A DNA stretch of 64,000 bases, taken from an uncultured Methanosarcinales archaeon (lineage in GTDB: Archaea; Nanobdellota; Nanobdellia; Woesearchaeales; JAGVZT01). Position numbers and translations under genes: made by a program. The notes beneath the pieces were generated by a model. The model made no database searches. It was not told the origin of the DNA and saw nothing but the letters and a program-made list of their open reading frames with translations. Below, one piece after another: positions 46,139 through 56,002 of the stretch. The stretch is taken from assembly GCA_964419615.1 (NCBI GenBank), contig CAYQPU010000002.1, positions 9,778-73,777 on the forward strand. The letters run 5' to 3'. Numbering within the stretch: position 1 is the stretch's first letter; each line of letters opens with the position of its first letter.

Positions 46139-46684
46139 TTATTTAGACAATCCAATCTTCTCAAAACTCTTTAGCAAAGAAAATTTTATCTCTGGATGAT
46201 TATCTTCAAATTGGTTAATAAAATCTGTAATATCTTTATTGTAAGGTTTTGATTCTTTGAATTTAAAATCTTTAATGTTGGCAAACATCGTAACCTCTTT
46301 TTGACTAACAGTCTTGAGTAGTTTAACCTCTTTTGTATTATCTTCAGATTTAGTTGATGTGAACATTCTTTCTAATTGCAGTTGGATCTCTTGATCTAAG
46401 TTCCAGGGAACGACCACAATATCGCATTCACCCTTATCACCAACAATAACTTTTGATCTAATTACCTTAGCAATTTTCTTTGTTAAAAAAATAGACACAG
46501 CAGCGTTCTCAGAGCCATCATCCACAACTCTAATCACACTGTTAGGCTTAAACCTTTTATTGATTCTAATATCTTTTCTAACTCTTTTCTCAATAAGCTT
46601 AACAAAACAAGAATTACATAATGGGCCTGGAAATGGATCTATCCTAAATGTACTCTTTTCTTTGCTGCATTTGAAACATTTCAT
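46139..46684 (-). CDS. Zinc-ribbon plus degenerate PP-loop ATPase-like protein (TtuA/NcsA/TilS-like fold, P-loop substituted)
   Basis: CFKCSKEK...CNSCF zinc ribbon. VIRVVDDGSENAAVSIFL aligns to the SGGKDS PP-loop, with S/G/K replaced. DIVVVPWNLDQEIQ resembles the H/N-LDD-E motif. Confidence 0.3.
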   Translation of the reverse strand: MKCFKCSKEKSTFRIDPFPGPLCNSCFVKLIEKRVRKDIRINKRFKPNSVIRVVDDGSENAAVSIFLTKKIAKVIRSKVIVGDKGECDIVVVPWNLDQEIQLQLERMFTSTKSEDNTKEVKLLKTVSQKEVTMFANIKDFKFKESKPYNKDITDFINQFEDNHPEIKFSLLKSFEKIGLSK

Positions 46685-46733
46685 AATAATAAAAAATAAA
46701 AAGAATTAGTATATAAAATGAATGAAAATAAAC

Positions 46734-47135
46734 TTACAGATGCTTAAAGTCGTCATATTCCAATATCGGAACAGACTCAACAGGTATTTCAGTTTCTGCA
46801 TTTTCCATCCATATACCAAAATTTGAAGCTTCTCTAAAAATCATGTAAGCTGTTTTATCTATCCTTAGCTGTAAAACATTATCAACCTTTGTCTGCCTAC
46901 AAAATAATCCATTGCTTCCTGTTGAATCATGCTCATACATAAGTTGCATACCTTCATATGGTCCTACAATAAAAGCTTGATCAACATTTAAATCCTCTAT
47001 AGCTAAATATTCAGGATTAATTCCAATTATTCTCAAACCTGCATCACTTAATTCATCAATCGGTACTCTAAATTCAACTCCAGCCTTCGCCAGCGTTTCT
47101 AGCCCATTTCTAACTTTATCTCTCATTTTTATCAT
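46734..47135 (-). CDS. Hypothetical protein
   Basis: 133-aa ORF, no motif. Confidence 0.25.
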   Translation of the reverse strand: MIKMRDKVRNGLETLAKAGVEFRVPIDELSDAGLRIIGINPEYLAIEDLNVDQAFIVGPYEGMQLMYEHDSTGSNGLFCRQTKVDNVLQLRIDKTAYMIFREASNFGIWMENAETEIPVESVPILEYDDFKHL

Positions 47136-47249
47136 ACCTATTAATTAAATTTAGAGAGTGAATTTACTTATTTAAATCTTTCTTAATTTACCACTTGCAA
47201 GTGGCCTAGTTTAAAAAAATTTATTAACCCTGACCAATTTCGTAATCTT

Positions 47250-47648
47250 ATGAACCTTGAAGAACTCAAATCAATGTCAATGGGTGCAATCAAAGGATTG
47301 TATAGTTTTGATCCCGAATACCAGGTTACAAAAATTGCATTAGCCTCAACAGGAAGATTTACAAAAATAGCAAAAGTTAGTGATTCTATTACACTGGAAA
47401 GATTCATTGAAGCAAGATTATCTAATTCTGACACTTGGATGATGCTAAATAATCCTCAGCCTTCTGAAGGATTTAGTTGGATCTTAGCTTATGTTGATAA
47501 TGGCGAATATGTGCCACCAGGTAAATTAAATCTTGACCAATTAACACGGATAGTAAGGCAGAGGATTCTGGGTTTTGATCCAAATCAAAAAGCAGTAGAT
47601 GCTTACAACAATGTTCCTGAATTAGATCTAGCTAAATTGTCTCAATAA
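47250..47648 (+). CDS. Hypothetical protein
   Basis: 132-aa ORF, no motif. Confidence 0.25.
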   Translation: MNLEELKSMSMGAIKGLYSFDPEYQVTKIALASTGRFTKIAKVSDSITLERFIEARLSNSDTWMMLNNPQPSEGFSWILAYVDNGEYVPPGKLNLDQLTRIVRQRILGFDPNQKAVDAYNNVPELDLAKLSQ

Positions 47649-47662
47649 GAATAGGATCCTTC

Positions 47663-47995
47663 TTATTTCATCAATCCCAATGCAACCAAATCATCCCTTC
47701 TCTTTTGATACATATCTCCGCTCTCAGGAGTTAACTGAGTTGAAATGCTTTTACTTCCCGACATAAAAGAGATCATATTTCCAGTATTCGCAAGCATATA
47801 ACGGGGAGTTGTCAATAATTGAATAGTGTCTGGCTCAAAATTATAATGAAAGTAAAAAGTCATCATTTCACAAGCCCTTACCTCAAACACTCTCATTGGA
47901 CTATTTTTTGCATATATAATTGAATTTGGCTCCAAACTATCAATATCTTCCCTAGATATTATCTGAACCAGCCTTTCTTCTAATAGTTTATTCAT
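47663..47995 (-). CDS. Hypothetical protein
   Basis: 110-aa ORF, no motif. Confidence 0.25.
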   Translation of the reverse strand: MNKLLEERLVQIISREDIDSLEPNSIIYAKNSPMRVFEVRACEMMTFYFHYNFEPDTIQLLTTPRYMLANTGNMISFMSGSKSISTQLTPESGDMYQKRRDDLVALGLMK

Positions 47996-48143
47996 AATAA
48001 AGTGGAAAATCAGATTAATTCATATATGTTTTCATTAAGCCCTAAAGTGTCACTACTCGAGAAAAGCTATAAACGAAAAGTATTTATATAAGTTATATTT
48101 ACTATAGAGTAGATAATAAATCATAATCACCTCTTTTTCCCGC

Positions 48144-48167
48144 GAAGGTTCTCTTCGGAGAGCCTTC
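48144..48167. terminator. Perfect 10-bp GC-rich hairpin with a UUCG tetraloop flanked by T-runs (possible terminator or RNA structural element)
   Basis: gaaggttctc-ttcg-gagagccttc, with ctcttttt upstream and ggtttta downstream. It lies just 3' of the Lon-like gene (minus strand). Confidence 0.3.
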
Positions 48168-48180
48168 AAGGGTTTTATCA

Positions 48181-50151
48181 TCATTTAGGCTTTTTCCTTG
48201 ATTTCCGAGAAACAGTTTTTCTTTTTTTGAATATAGTTTTAAGCTTTTTAGACTTTCTGGATTTATTTTTAGCCTTTTTTATCTTGGTTTTCCTTTTTGA
48301 TTTTCTAGGTTGGTTTTTCCGCTTTTTAACAGATTTTTTCTTCTTTGTAGGTGGTTTTTTCATAAGCTTACTTCGCTTAATCTTAATCTCAATAAACTTA
48401 CCCTTAGAAGTCTTTCCAAGCCTTCTTAGGTAAACTGCCACTACCACAATAATAAGCAAAACTGCGAACTGTGAAGCAAAAACAGCAATATCTCCAATAA
48501 CAATTTTCCTTTGGTGATTAAAATACATATCAAAATTACTTAACTCCAAAGCATACTCTGAATAAAGCACTGCTGATTCAGGATCTTCAATTTCTAAACT
48601 TCTTGCATACTCATAATAACTGTAACCTAAAATTGGAAACACATCTCTTTTTGTTTCTTTAACAATGATCCTTTTTGAAATCTCCAGCTTTCTTGCAAGC
48701 ATTCTTTTCATATCATCCCTACTTAAACCAACCACACTCAAGATAAGGTTAGTTCTTGCTTTAACCTTTGATGCTCTAAAAATACAAAGCTCATAATCCT
48801 GATTTTGCATATCTTGCTGTGCTTCATCAAGATCCTTTCTAATTTCAAATAATGGCATTGGAAAAAATGAATTAGCATACTGTACTCTTTCTTCAGCTTC
48901 TGCAAGTTTATCAAGACAAAATTTTTGCAAATCCACCTTTCCAATCTCAAATTCCTTGCCATCTTGACCAAAAAATTCAGCCCAAGATTGCGCAGAATAA
49001 ACTCTTTCAATACCAAGTGAGAGTTGCAATAAAGATTGATTCTTATTACCATCAATCAAAGCTTTCTTACTTTCAGCAAGATGCTCATGCGCTTCCTTAA
49101 GTCTCTCACTAACAACCAGATACGTTTGCAAATCTGAAATAGTGCTCAGTGGAATTGCAGAGATTTGGTTCTTAAATCGATTAACATCCCGACTTGCAAT
49201 ACTATTGTATTTCAAGATCTCTTCATTTGAAAGATCATAAGTTAATAATTTTAAATATTGATACTGAACATTAGCTCCAAAACAAAATGAAGCTACAGAA
49301 TAATATGCTTTATTATCAAGAGCCCTTTGTGCGCTCAGGGTTAGATTATTACCCTTATCAAAAATATCTCTATGTTTTGGGAAACTGGAAAATTGAGAAT
49401 CAAATAAAATATCAACATTTCGTTTACATAAATTTGCAGCTACCTGACTCATAGTCTCAACATACTGTTCATCAATCATAACCTCTTCATCATACTCATA
49501 ATACCTTTTACCAGTCATTTCAAAAACAACATCATTAATCTCAGCCACTTCTCTCACTTCCACACCAAGTTCAGAACCAAATTGAACTAAATCCAAAGTC
49601 TTATTTGAACCATCTGTCACATTTATAATTTCCTGATATCTTTTACCCTCTGGGATTAAAACAACACCCATCTTGATTTCCCCTGCAGCCTCAATCTTTT
49701 CTTTAATACCTGCCACAGGTCCGATAATACCCCCGGAATTAATAGTTCCAGTAACTGTAATACCATCATCAAATCTAAGATGTTGCAGAACAATAACTGT
49801 CAAGGCAGTTGCAGCTCCTCCTGCTGAAGGACCTCCCACAATAGGAGATCCAGATCTAACCTCATAAAAAAAATCATACTTGTCACAGTCTTTATCCAAA
49901 AAATCACAAGCAAACTCTTTTGCCATTCTAAAAGAAATCTGAGTATCTACTTTTGTTAAGGGATAAGTTGAAATAAACACTCTGCCACTACCGGACCTAA
50001 TCTCCAAATCAAGATCAGCAATAGCTCCAGTCAATCCATCTGGAGTCTGAGTCACAGCTAAGACTTTCATATGTCCTTTTTGTGCCATAGCAGATTGTGA
50101 GAGCATAGCTATTGATATAAATAGAATTAAGATTAGTCTTATTCTTCTCAT
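48181..50151 (-). CDS. Membrane-anchored Lon-like (S16) protease-domain protein lacking an AAA+ module
   Basis: Signal peptide MRRIRLILILFISIAMLSQSAMA. GPSAGGAATAL (catalytic Ser) and GIIGPVAGIKEKIEAAGE (catalytic Lys). No Walker A anywhere. C-terminal TM IAVFASQFAVLLIIVVVAVYL and a K/R-rich tail. 656 aa. Confidence 0.55.
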   Translation of the reverse strand: MRRIRLILILFISIAMLSQSAMAQKGHMKVLAVTQTPDGLTGAIADLDLEIRSGSGRVFISTYPLTKVDTQISFRMAKEFACDFLDKDCDKYDFFYEVRSGSPIVGGPSAGGAATALTVIVLQHLRFDDGITVTGTINSGGIIGPVAGIKEKIEAAGEIKMGVVLIPEGKRYQEIINVTDGSNKTLDLVQFGSELGVEVREVAEINDVVFEMTGKRYYEYDEEVMIDEQYVETMSQVAANLCKRNVDILFDSQFSSFPKHRDIFDKGNNLTLSAQRALDNKAYYSVASFCFGANVQYQYLKLLTYDLSNEEILKYNSIASRDVNRFKNQISAIPLSTISDLQTYLVVSERLKEAHEHLAESKKALIDGNKNQSLLQLSLGIERVYSAQSWAEFFGQDGKEFEIGKVDLQKFCLDKLAEAEERVQYANSFFPMPLFEIRKDLDEAQQDMQNQDYELCIFRASKVKARTNLILSVVGLSRDDMKRMLARKLEISKRIIVKETKRDVFPILGYSYYEYARSLEIEDPESAVLYSEYALELSNFDMYFNHQRKIVIGDIAVFASQFAVLLIIVVVAVYLRRLGKTSKGKFIEIKIKRSKLMKKPPTKKKKSVKKRKNQPRKSKRKTKIKKAKNKSRKSKKLKTIFKKRKTVSRKSRKKPK

Positions 50152-50256
50152 AATTTCCCTCTTTTTTATAATCAGATATATTGATAATATATAAGAGTTG
50201 TGTTTAAAAACATGTTTTATAGAAAAACTTATATTTAGCTATGGAAAAATCAAATT

Positions 50257-50850
50257 ATGGTGTCTGCGTACATTGGGGCAATGTTAATTGGCCTTTTCCA
50301 TGGATTAGAACCGGGACATGGCTGGCCAATAGCTGCATTATATTCATTAAAAAAACAAAATAAATATTTGTTTGGATTAATAAGCGCATTAATCATATCA
50401 TTTTTTCACTTTTTTTCATCAATCATTGTTGTAATTGCATTTATGTTCTTAAAAAACAGATTTAATTTGGGTGAGATGCCAATCCTAAGATACATTGCAG
50501 GAGTACTATTGTTGTACATGGCATATAAATTTTGGACAGACCACTCACACTCTGAAAAGACCAAAGTTGGAACCTTAAAGGAAATTGCAATCTTTGCATT
50601 TGTACTTGGATTTGCACATCAAGAAGAATTTGCTTTGCTAGCATTTTGTTTAAATAATGTAAATTGTCTACTGCTGATGATATTGTATGCAAGCGCTGTA
50701 ACAGTATCTTTAATCACATTAACAATGTTATCAATCAAAGCCTATGAACAAATAGAACAAAAAATGCATAATTTGGAACATCTATTACCAAAGATTTCTG
50801 CAGTGATATTGTTTGTATTAGCAGTATTGTATTTTTTAAATTTGGTTTAA
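50257..50850 (+). CDS. NicO/RcnA-like nickel/cobalt transporter-family membrane protein
   Basis: GLFHGLEPGHGWPI resembles the H-x-x-E-P-G-H-G signature of the NicO family. Six hydrophobic segments. 197 aa. Confidence 0.4.
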   Translation: MVSAYIGAMLIGLFHGLEPGHGWPIAALYSLKKQNKYLFGLISALIISFFHFFSSIIVVIAFMFLKNRFNLGEMPILRYIAGVLLLYMAYKFWTDHSHSEKTKVGTLKEIAIFAFVLGFAHQEEFALLAFCLNNVNCLLLMILYASAVTVSLITLTMLSIKAYEQIEQKMHNLEHLLPKISAVILFVLAVLYFLNLV

Positions 50851-52262
50851 GTTACTAACACATTCTCTTGCAATAATGGACCATAGGCAATTGCTTGCAT
50901 TACTTGAACATCTGTTTTAGTGAAAAAAGCTGATCCTTCATGGCACTGATCATAACCTTGCTCTTCTTGAGACATATATCTTAAAATAAGATTACCTTGA
51001 CTGTTAAATTCTACTCCAAGAGGATAATACTGTGATTCCCTCGGGTAGATGTGAAAATAAAAACAAGGACCATTCTGCAGAAAATTAAGAAATTGCATTA
51101 ATTGTCTATTATCCTTTATACCAAGAGTTGTAGATATAAAATCGGGTTCTTCTTTATTCATTATCATAATTCTTAATGCCTCAGCGTCACTATCATTCAT
51201 ATCATATACTTGTTTCATATCATCCAAAAGAGTTGGAGACAATTCTTCTCCATTCTTTATTTCCATCCATGCAAAAAGTGATCTAAGATTTAGCCTCTGC
51301 CTATAATCATGATCAGACCAATACACATGCCCATGATCATAGGCTAGGTAAGCAATATCATCATGTATTAGTTTGCCTTCGTCAATCCTGATTTCACCTG
51401 CACCTTCTAAAGCTAAGTATTCAAAATAAGAAGTGGTAGCATCATCTATATCTAAAAATCCTTCAATTAATTCAAATAAATAATTTGCAGATCTTTTTTT
51501 ACCTTTTTCCCACTCAAAACCAGCAAAAGATTTAACCACTGTATCAGAAAACCTACTCTTTGCGGCAGTATAAGCTGAATTCAACCTACTCATAACTTCA
51601 TTGGCTCTTAATCTCATGGCAGATTTAATTAATTCATATTCATGCTCAATTACTGCATATTTTTCTTTTCCTAAAAAGTAGGTTTTTTGTTCATCCGGTT
51701 TTAATTCTGCAATCTCTGAGCTCTCCAACGTTATTGGCTTTGGAGAATTTTTAAATCTTTTAAACCAATCACTATAATCTATACCTTTTACAGCGTTATT
51801 ATAATCTCCAAAAATCATATTATATTGTTTGGCATTTTCAGGATGAATAAAATCCGGAAACCACATTCGCGACAGAGTGATATAAGCACTCCTTACTTGA
51901 GCAAAGGTACAATCTTCTGGCAGATGTAAGAATTTAAATGGATTCTGTTCAATTTCCGCTTCCTCTCCGGTTGGAATACTTGATGAAACTTCAATACCCC
52001 TGTAAGCCTTCATCCTCTGTTCTTCATCTTTGATAATCGCATAATATTCCTTTGAATGCAAAAATGCCTTGCCTTTAGATTCAATTGTATTTTTTTCAAA
52101 TTCAATATCTTCACCCAGTTGATCATCTAAGGTTACAGAAGTTCTAGCAGAAAAATTTGTAGGAGTCTCTCTTAGATCATCGTAATCCATGATCTGAAAT
52201 ACAATATTTCTGGTATTAATATCACTGTGAATCCCAACTTTATCTGAAAAATCATGTTCCAT
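50847..52262 (-). CDS. Hypothetical protein (weak J-domain-like segment)
   Basis: 471 aa. AYITLSRMWFPDFIHPEN is only loosely HPD-like. Confidence 0.25.
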   Translation of the reverse strand: MEHDFSDKVGIHSDINTRNIVFQIMDYDDLRETPTNFSARTSVTLDDQLGEDIEFEKNTIESKGKAFLHSKEYYAIIKDEEQRMKAYRGIEVSSSIPTGEEAEIEQNPFKFLHLPEDCTFAQVRSAYITLSRMWFPDFIHPENAKQYNMIFGDYNNAVKGIDYSDWFKRFKNSPKPITLESSEIAELKPDEQKTYFLGKEKYAVIEHEYELIKSAMRLRANEVMSRLNSAYTAAKSRFSDTVVKSFAGFEWEKGKKRSANYLFELIEGFLDIDDATTSYFEYLALEGAGEIRIDEGKLIHDDIAYLAYDHGHVYWSDHDYRQRLNLRSLFAWMEIKNGEELSPTLLDDMKQVYDMNDSDAEALRIMIMNKEEPDFISTTLGIKDNRQLMQFLNFLQNGPCFYFHIYPRESQYYPLGVEFNSQGNLILRYMSQEEQGYDQCHEGSAFFTKTDVQVMQAIAYGPLLQENVLVT

Positions 52263-52370
52263 TTTGTAATCACTAGGGAATCAAGTTATATATAAAAGGC
52301 TTTGTGAGAAATAAATAAAAAAGCAACATTTTTATATATAAATCCACTGTACGTTGAATGGTGATATGAA

Positions 52371-52916
52371 ATGTGGATAATATTAGGTGGAGGATTATTT
52401 TTTACTGCTTTAGTATTTGCAGTAACATACAATACTTTTGTGGTTTTACAAAACAGAATAGATAACGCAGAAAGTCAAATTGATGTTCAACTAAAGAAAA
52501 GACATGATCTAGTACCAAATCTTGTGGAAACAGTAAAAGGCTATGCTAAACATGAAAAAACAGTATTTAGCGAAGTAACAAAAGCTAGAACTGCTTGGTC
52601 AAAAGCAAAATCAGTAGAGCAGAAAGGAAAAGCAGCAAACATGCTTTCAGGCGCTCTAAAAAGTCTTTTTGCAGTAGCAGAAGCTTATCCTGACTTAAAG
52701 GCAAACGAGAACTTTTTATTGCTTCAAGAAGAATTAAGTGGAATTGAAAACAAAATTGCCTATGCAAGACAATTCTTTAATGACACAGTTCTTAAATTCA
52801 ACAACAAAGTAGAACAGTTTCCTTCAAACTTAATTGCTAATATCTTTAAATTTGAAGAGCAAAAATTCTTTGAAATAGAAAAGGCAGAGAAAAAACCGGT
52901 AAAGGTTTCTTTTTAA
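52371..52916 (+). CDS. lemA: LemA-family membrane protein
   Basis: N-terminal TM plus [44 protein letters not shown], the canonical LemA core. Confidence 0.8.
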   Translation: MWIILGGGLFFTALVFAVTYNTFVVLQNRIDNAESQIDVQLKKRHDLVPNLVETVKGYAKHEKTVFSEVTKARTAWSKAKSVEQKGKAANMLSGALKSLFAVAEAYPDLKANENFLLLQEELSGIENKIAYARQFFNDTVLKFNNKVEQFPSNLIANIFKFEEQKFFEIEKAEKKPVKVSF

Positions 52917-52959
52917 GCCTTTCCAATTCTTTTTATATTTCTTATATATCTCTTTTTGA

Positions 52960-53952
52960 ATGGCAGCAAATAAAAAATCAGACACAAATCAAGGTCCTCT
53001 GTTTGGAATAATCAGACCTAGAAATGATAGATTTCCTAATGGAGACCCTGCAACAGATAGTAGATTTAAAGTAAAACCAGGTAATGAACATAAAGTAACC
53101 CAACCTCAATGGAAAACCATTGATGGTCACGACCAAAGACATATTTCTGCTCCACAAAGAGATTACATTGTACAGTTGGAGAATTCCTTTAGACAAGATA
53201 TGGGAATTTTAATAGCAGATACTAATCTTTTATTCTCGGATCCTGTAGATTACCAAAGCAAATGGGCTTTGCGTACAGAAAGAACTTGGGAGATAGCAAA
53301 TGAATTGGCAACACTTTATGGCCCAGATGAGCTTGCTGTTGAAGGTTTAAGAGGTTTAGATGTTGTTGAAAGAAAAAATCTTGATCCTTTTTATCAAGCT
53401 GAGGGAAACACAATTCTTACAGTATTAATGAAAGAGCCAATGTATACAGAATTGGGCATTCATCCAAAAAGTCAAGAGCATGAGATTTCTTCCCACAATA
53501 ATTTCTTTGGTGAAGTTGATAAAGGAGCATTGGAATTAATCCTGTGTGGAGTTGCAGAAAAAGTATGCGAAGAGTGGCACTGTAATTATGATATGTCTGG
53601 CCAAGATGACAAAGAGTTAGTATTTGAGATGTACTGGGATGCCATTCCAGGTGAAGATTTTGAGCGTATGATTGCTAGATTAGAGCTTCAAGAAAGTGAT
53701 GGTGAAGATGGAAAAGAATACTCAATTTTGGCAGTAGGCCTACCATTAAAGCAATACTTAAATGAAGTAATGGCTGAGGATCAAATCCACTTTTTGATGC
53801 CAGAAACAAAAAGGCATTCTAAGGACAAACCAGATTATCACAATCATGTTTTAACCCAGACTGGTGTTCAGGCAGCTTATGAGAGTAGAGGTTGCTCCCC
53901 TAACTGTGGTCCTGAAACGCACATACCACGTCCAAGACCTCATCGTGGTTAA
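52960..53952 (+). CDS. Hypothetical protein
   Basis: 330-aa ORF, acidic, no motif. Confidence 0.25.
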   Translation: MAANKKSDTNQGPLFGIIRPRNDRFPNGDPATDSRFKVKPGNEHKVTQPQWKTIDGHDQRHISAPQRDYIVQLENSFRQDMGILIADTNLLFSDPVDYQSKWALRTERTWEIANELATLYGPDELAVEGLRGLDVVERKNLDPFYQAEGNTILTVLMKEPMYTELGIHPKSQEHEISSHNNFFGEVDKGALELILCGVAEKVCEEWHCNYDMSGQDDKELVFEMYWDAIPGEDFERMIARLELQESDGEDGKEYSILAVGLPLKQYLNEVMAEDQIHFLMPETKRHSKDKPDYHNHVLTQTGVQAAYESRGCSPNCGPETHIPRPRPHRG

Positions 53953-54538
53953 TTGTTTGGCCAAACATAACTGGCCAAGTATATTTTTTTAATTTTTCTT
54001 GTAATTCTTGTCTAATCTTAACATCAGTTGTTTCAATCAAATCTTTGACAATAATAAAATTATATCCTTTTGAAAAACCACCTTGAATAGTAGCGTGAAC
54101 ACAACCCTCTCCAAAAATACCTGTGATAATCAAATGTGTGATTTTATTTTCTTTTAAGAACTTGTCAAACTTTGGATTAGTAAATGCGTCATAAGTGTTT
54201 TTTGTTATAACAAGATCTTCTTTATCAGGTTTTAATTTAAAAAACTCTTCACTAAAGCCAGACTCATCACTTGAATAATACCTGCACTCAGGATCTTTAT
54301 ACAACTCAACAATATTCTTTGCCAAAAACTCCTCTCTCCATGGAACACAATTAACATAAACAACCTTGCCTCCATGTCTTTTGTACTTTTGAATAAACTG
54401 CTTAAGTTTTGGGATCATTTCTCTGATTTTGTTAAAGGAAATATTTGTACCTTTGCTTTCACATTTCTCATGGCAGCAGTCGTTTATAATATCAATAACA
54501 ATCAAAGCAGTGTTTTGGATAGTGATTTTGGGTTTCAT
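53900..54538 (-). CDS. Isochorismatase-family cysteine hydrolase (nicotinamidase-like)
   Basis: TALIVIDIINDCC (catalytic Asp region) and LIITGIFGEGCVHATIQGG (catalytic Cys). 212 aa. Confidence 0.7.
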   Translation of the reverse strand: MKPKITIQNTALIVIDIINDCCHEKCESKGTNISFNKIREMIPKLKQFIQKYKRHGGKVVYVNCVPWREEFLAKNIVELYKDPECRYYSSDESGFSEEFFKLKPDKEDLVITKNTYDAFTNPKFDKFLKENKITHLIITGIFGEGCVHATIQGGFSKGYNFIIVKDLIETTDVKIRQELQEKLKKYTWPVMFGQTINHDEVLDVVCAFQDHS

Positions 54539-54583
54539 TTAAGTACAAATAGAATCAGATTATAAAAATATTGGTAAAAATAA

Positions 54584-55183
54584 TTATTTGGGATAATACA
54601 AAACAGCAAAATATCCTAATTTAACAACTTCAAATCCAATTTCATTAAAATCATGAGGATGTCCATCTAAAGCGTGAGCAACATACACTCCTTCATCCTT
54701 AATAACTCTTCTTACTTCAACATACTTCTCATAATCCAGCTGATGATCATGTGTAGTTGTATCATTACTAAAAACAACATCTATTGATCCATTTGGAAAA
54801 GGTATGTTAGTAAATGATGCATGTTTAATTTCTCTTCCATCTTGATGATAAGGATGCATTAGTGTATTTTCATCAAGATCCAATGCAATTCTCCTAGCCG
54901 GATGCAAATCTTTAACTCTTAAATAAGCAAATAATTTAGATCCAAATCCTACTCCAATATCAAGATAAATTTTTTCAACAACATTATGGAAAATTTGATC
55001 AAACTCAGGATATTGCTGACGGGCTTCATCCCATTCTTCTGGTCTAATTGTTGCTTCTTCAAAACCCATGCCTTTTATAGTATTTGCAGCATGCAATTTT
55101 TCTAAAGACATTTTTTGATTAGGAGTAGTTGTCGTTCTAATATTAATTCCAGCATCTCTAAACATAGCATTAACATCAACCAT
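54584..55183 (-). CDS. Class I SAM-dependent methyltransferase-like protein
   Basis: IYLDIGVGFGSKL (motif I-like) and IDVVFSND. 199 aa. Confidence 0.5.
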   Translation of the reverse strand: MVDVNAMFRDAGINIRTTTTPNQKMSLEKLHAANTIKGMGFEEATIRPEEWDEARQQYPEFDQIFHNVVEKIYLDIGVGFGSKLFAYLRVKDLHPARRIALDLDENTLMHPYHQDGREIKHASFTNIPFPNGSIDVVFSNDTTTHDHQLDYEKYVEVRRVIKDEGVYVAHALDGHPHDFNEIGFEVVKLGYFAVLYYPK

Positions 55184-55257
55184 AATTTAAAGAATGAAAA
55201 ATTTATTTATAAATATTTTTTTTTAACCACTCTTAGATAGTATAAACATACTAATCT

Positions 55258-55761
55258 TTATTCAAACAAAGCTTCATACATATTATTATGATGCTCATCA
55301 AAGATAACCATATCTTGCTTATATTCATGCAGACCCTTCATTAACTCCAATAATGCTGCATGACTTGAACCACCATTTGCATACACTCTCATCCATGTTT
55401 TTGGTTGAAAACCATGAACATCCATTGATTTTCCCCTATCAACAATTTCATCAAGATTTAATTCAAAAAAATCAACAGTAATTCCATTTTTCACGTATCT
55501 GTCAACAGCTCCATGTGGTCCACTAACAAATCCTTCCATTCTGGTTAAGTAGATTGTTGGATCTGGTTTTGAATTTTCATCCACATCAGTTAATCTATAT
55601 CCTAGCTCATCGGCCAGAATAAAATCAACAGGCTTGTCATTTGGTCCTCTGTGATCCTTATCAAGAGGTTCAAACCAACCACAATATGTTGTAAATATAT
55701 CAAAATAAGTACTTGTAAAATCTAAATCCCGTATGTTATTAACTTTGTTTGCCATAAACAA
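55258..55761 (-). CDS. Hypothetical protein
   Basis: 167-aa ORF, no motif. Confidence 0.25.
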   Translation of the reverse strand: MFMANKVNNIRDLDFTSTYFDIFTTYCGWFEPLDKDHRGPNDKPVDFILADELGYRLTDVDENSKPDPTIYLTRMEGFVSGPHGAVDRYVKNGITVDFFELNLDEIVDRGKSMDVHGFQPKTWMRVYANGGSSHAALLELMKGLHEYKQDMVIFDEHHNNMYEALFE

Positions 55762-55804
55762 GCTAATTTAATTTACTTTATAAAACTTGCTTTTAGACAA
55801 GTTA

Positions 55805-55944
55805 GCTCCACCAGGCCGGTTCTTGAGCCAGTTTGTTAACACAAATGCAAATATAATTCAAACTTTCCCAAGTTATTAACAAACTGTTCCTTATTACTTT
55901 TCCCATGAACCTTAGTCTCACTCACATCTTGGCCTAGGTGGAGC
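55805..55944 (+). ncRNA. Copy 2 of the ~150-nt structured repeat element
   Basis: gctccaccaggccggttcttgagccagtttgttaac...gttattaacaaactgttcc...ttagtctcactcacatcttggcctaggtggagc. It sits in the divergent intergenic region upstream of the helicase gene. Confidence 0.4.
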
Positions 55945-56002
55945 AATCCCCACTAGATAATTCTACACAATCCTTTTATACAATCAAATATTAGCATCTT
56001 GC

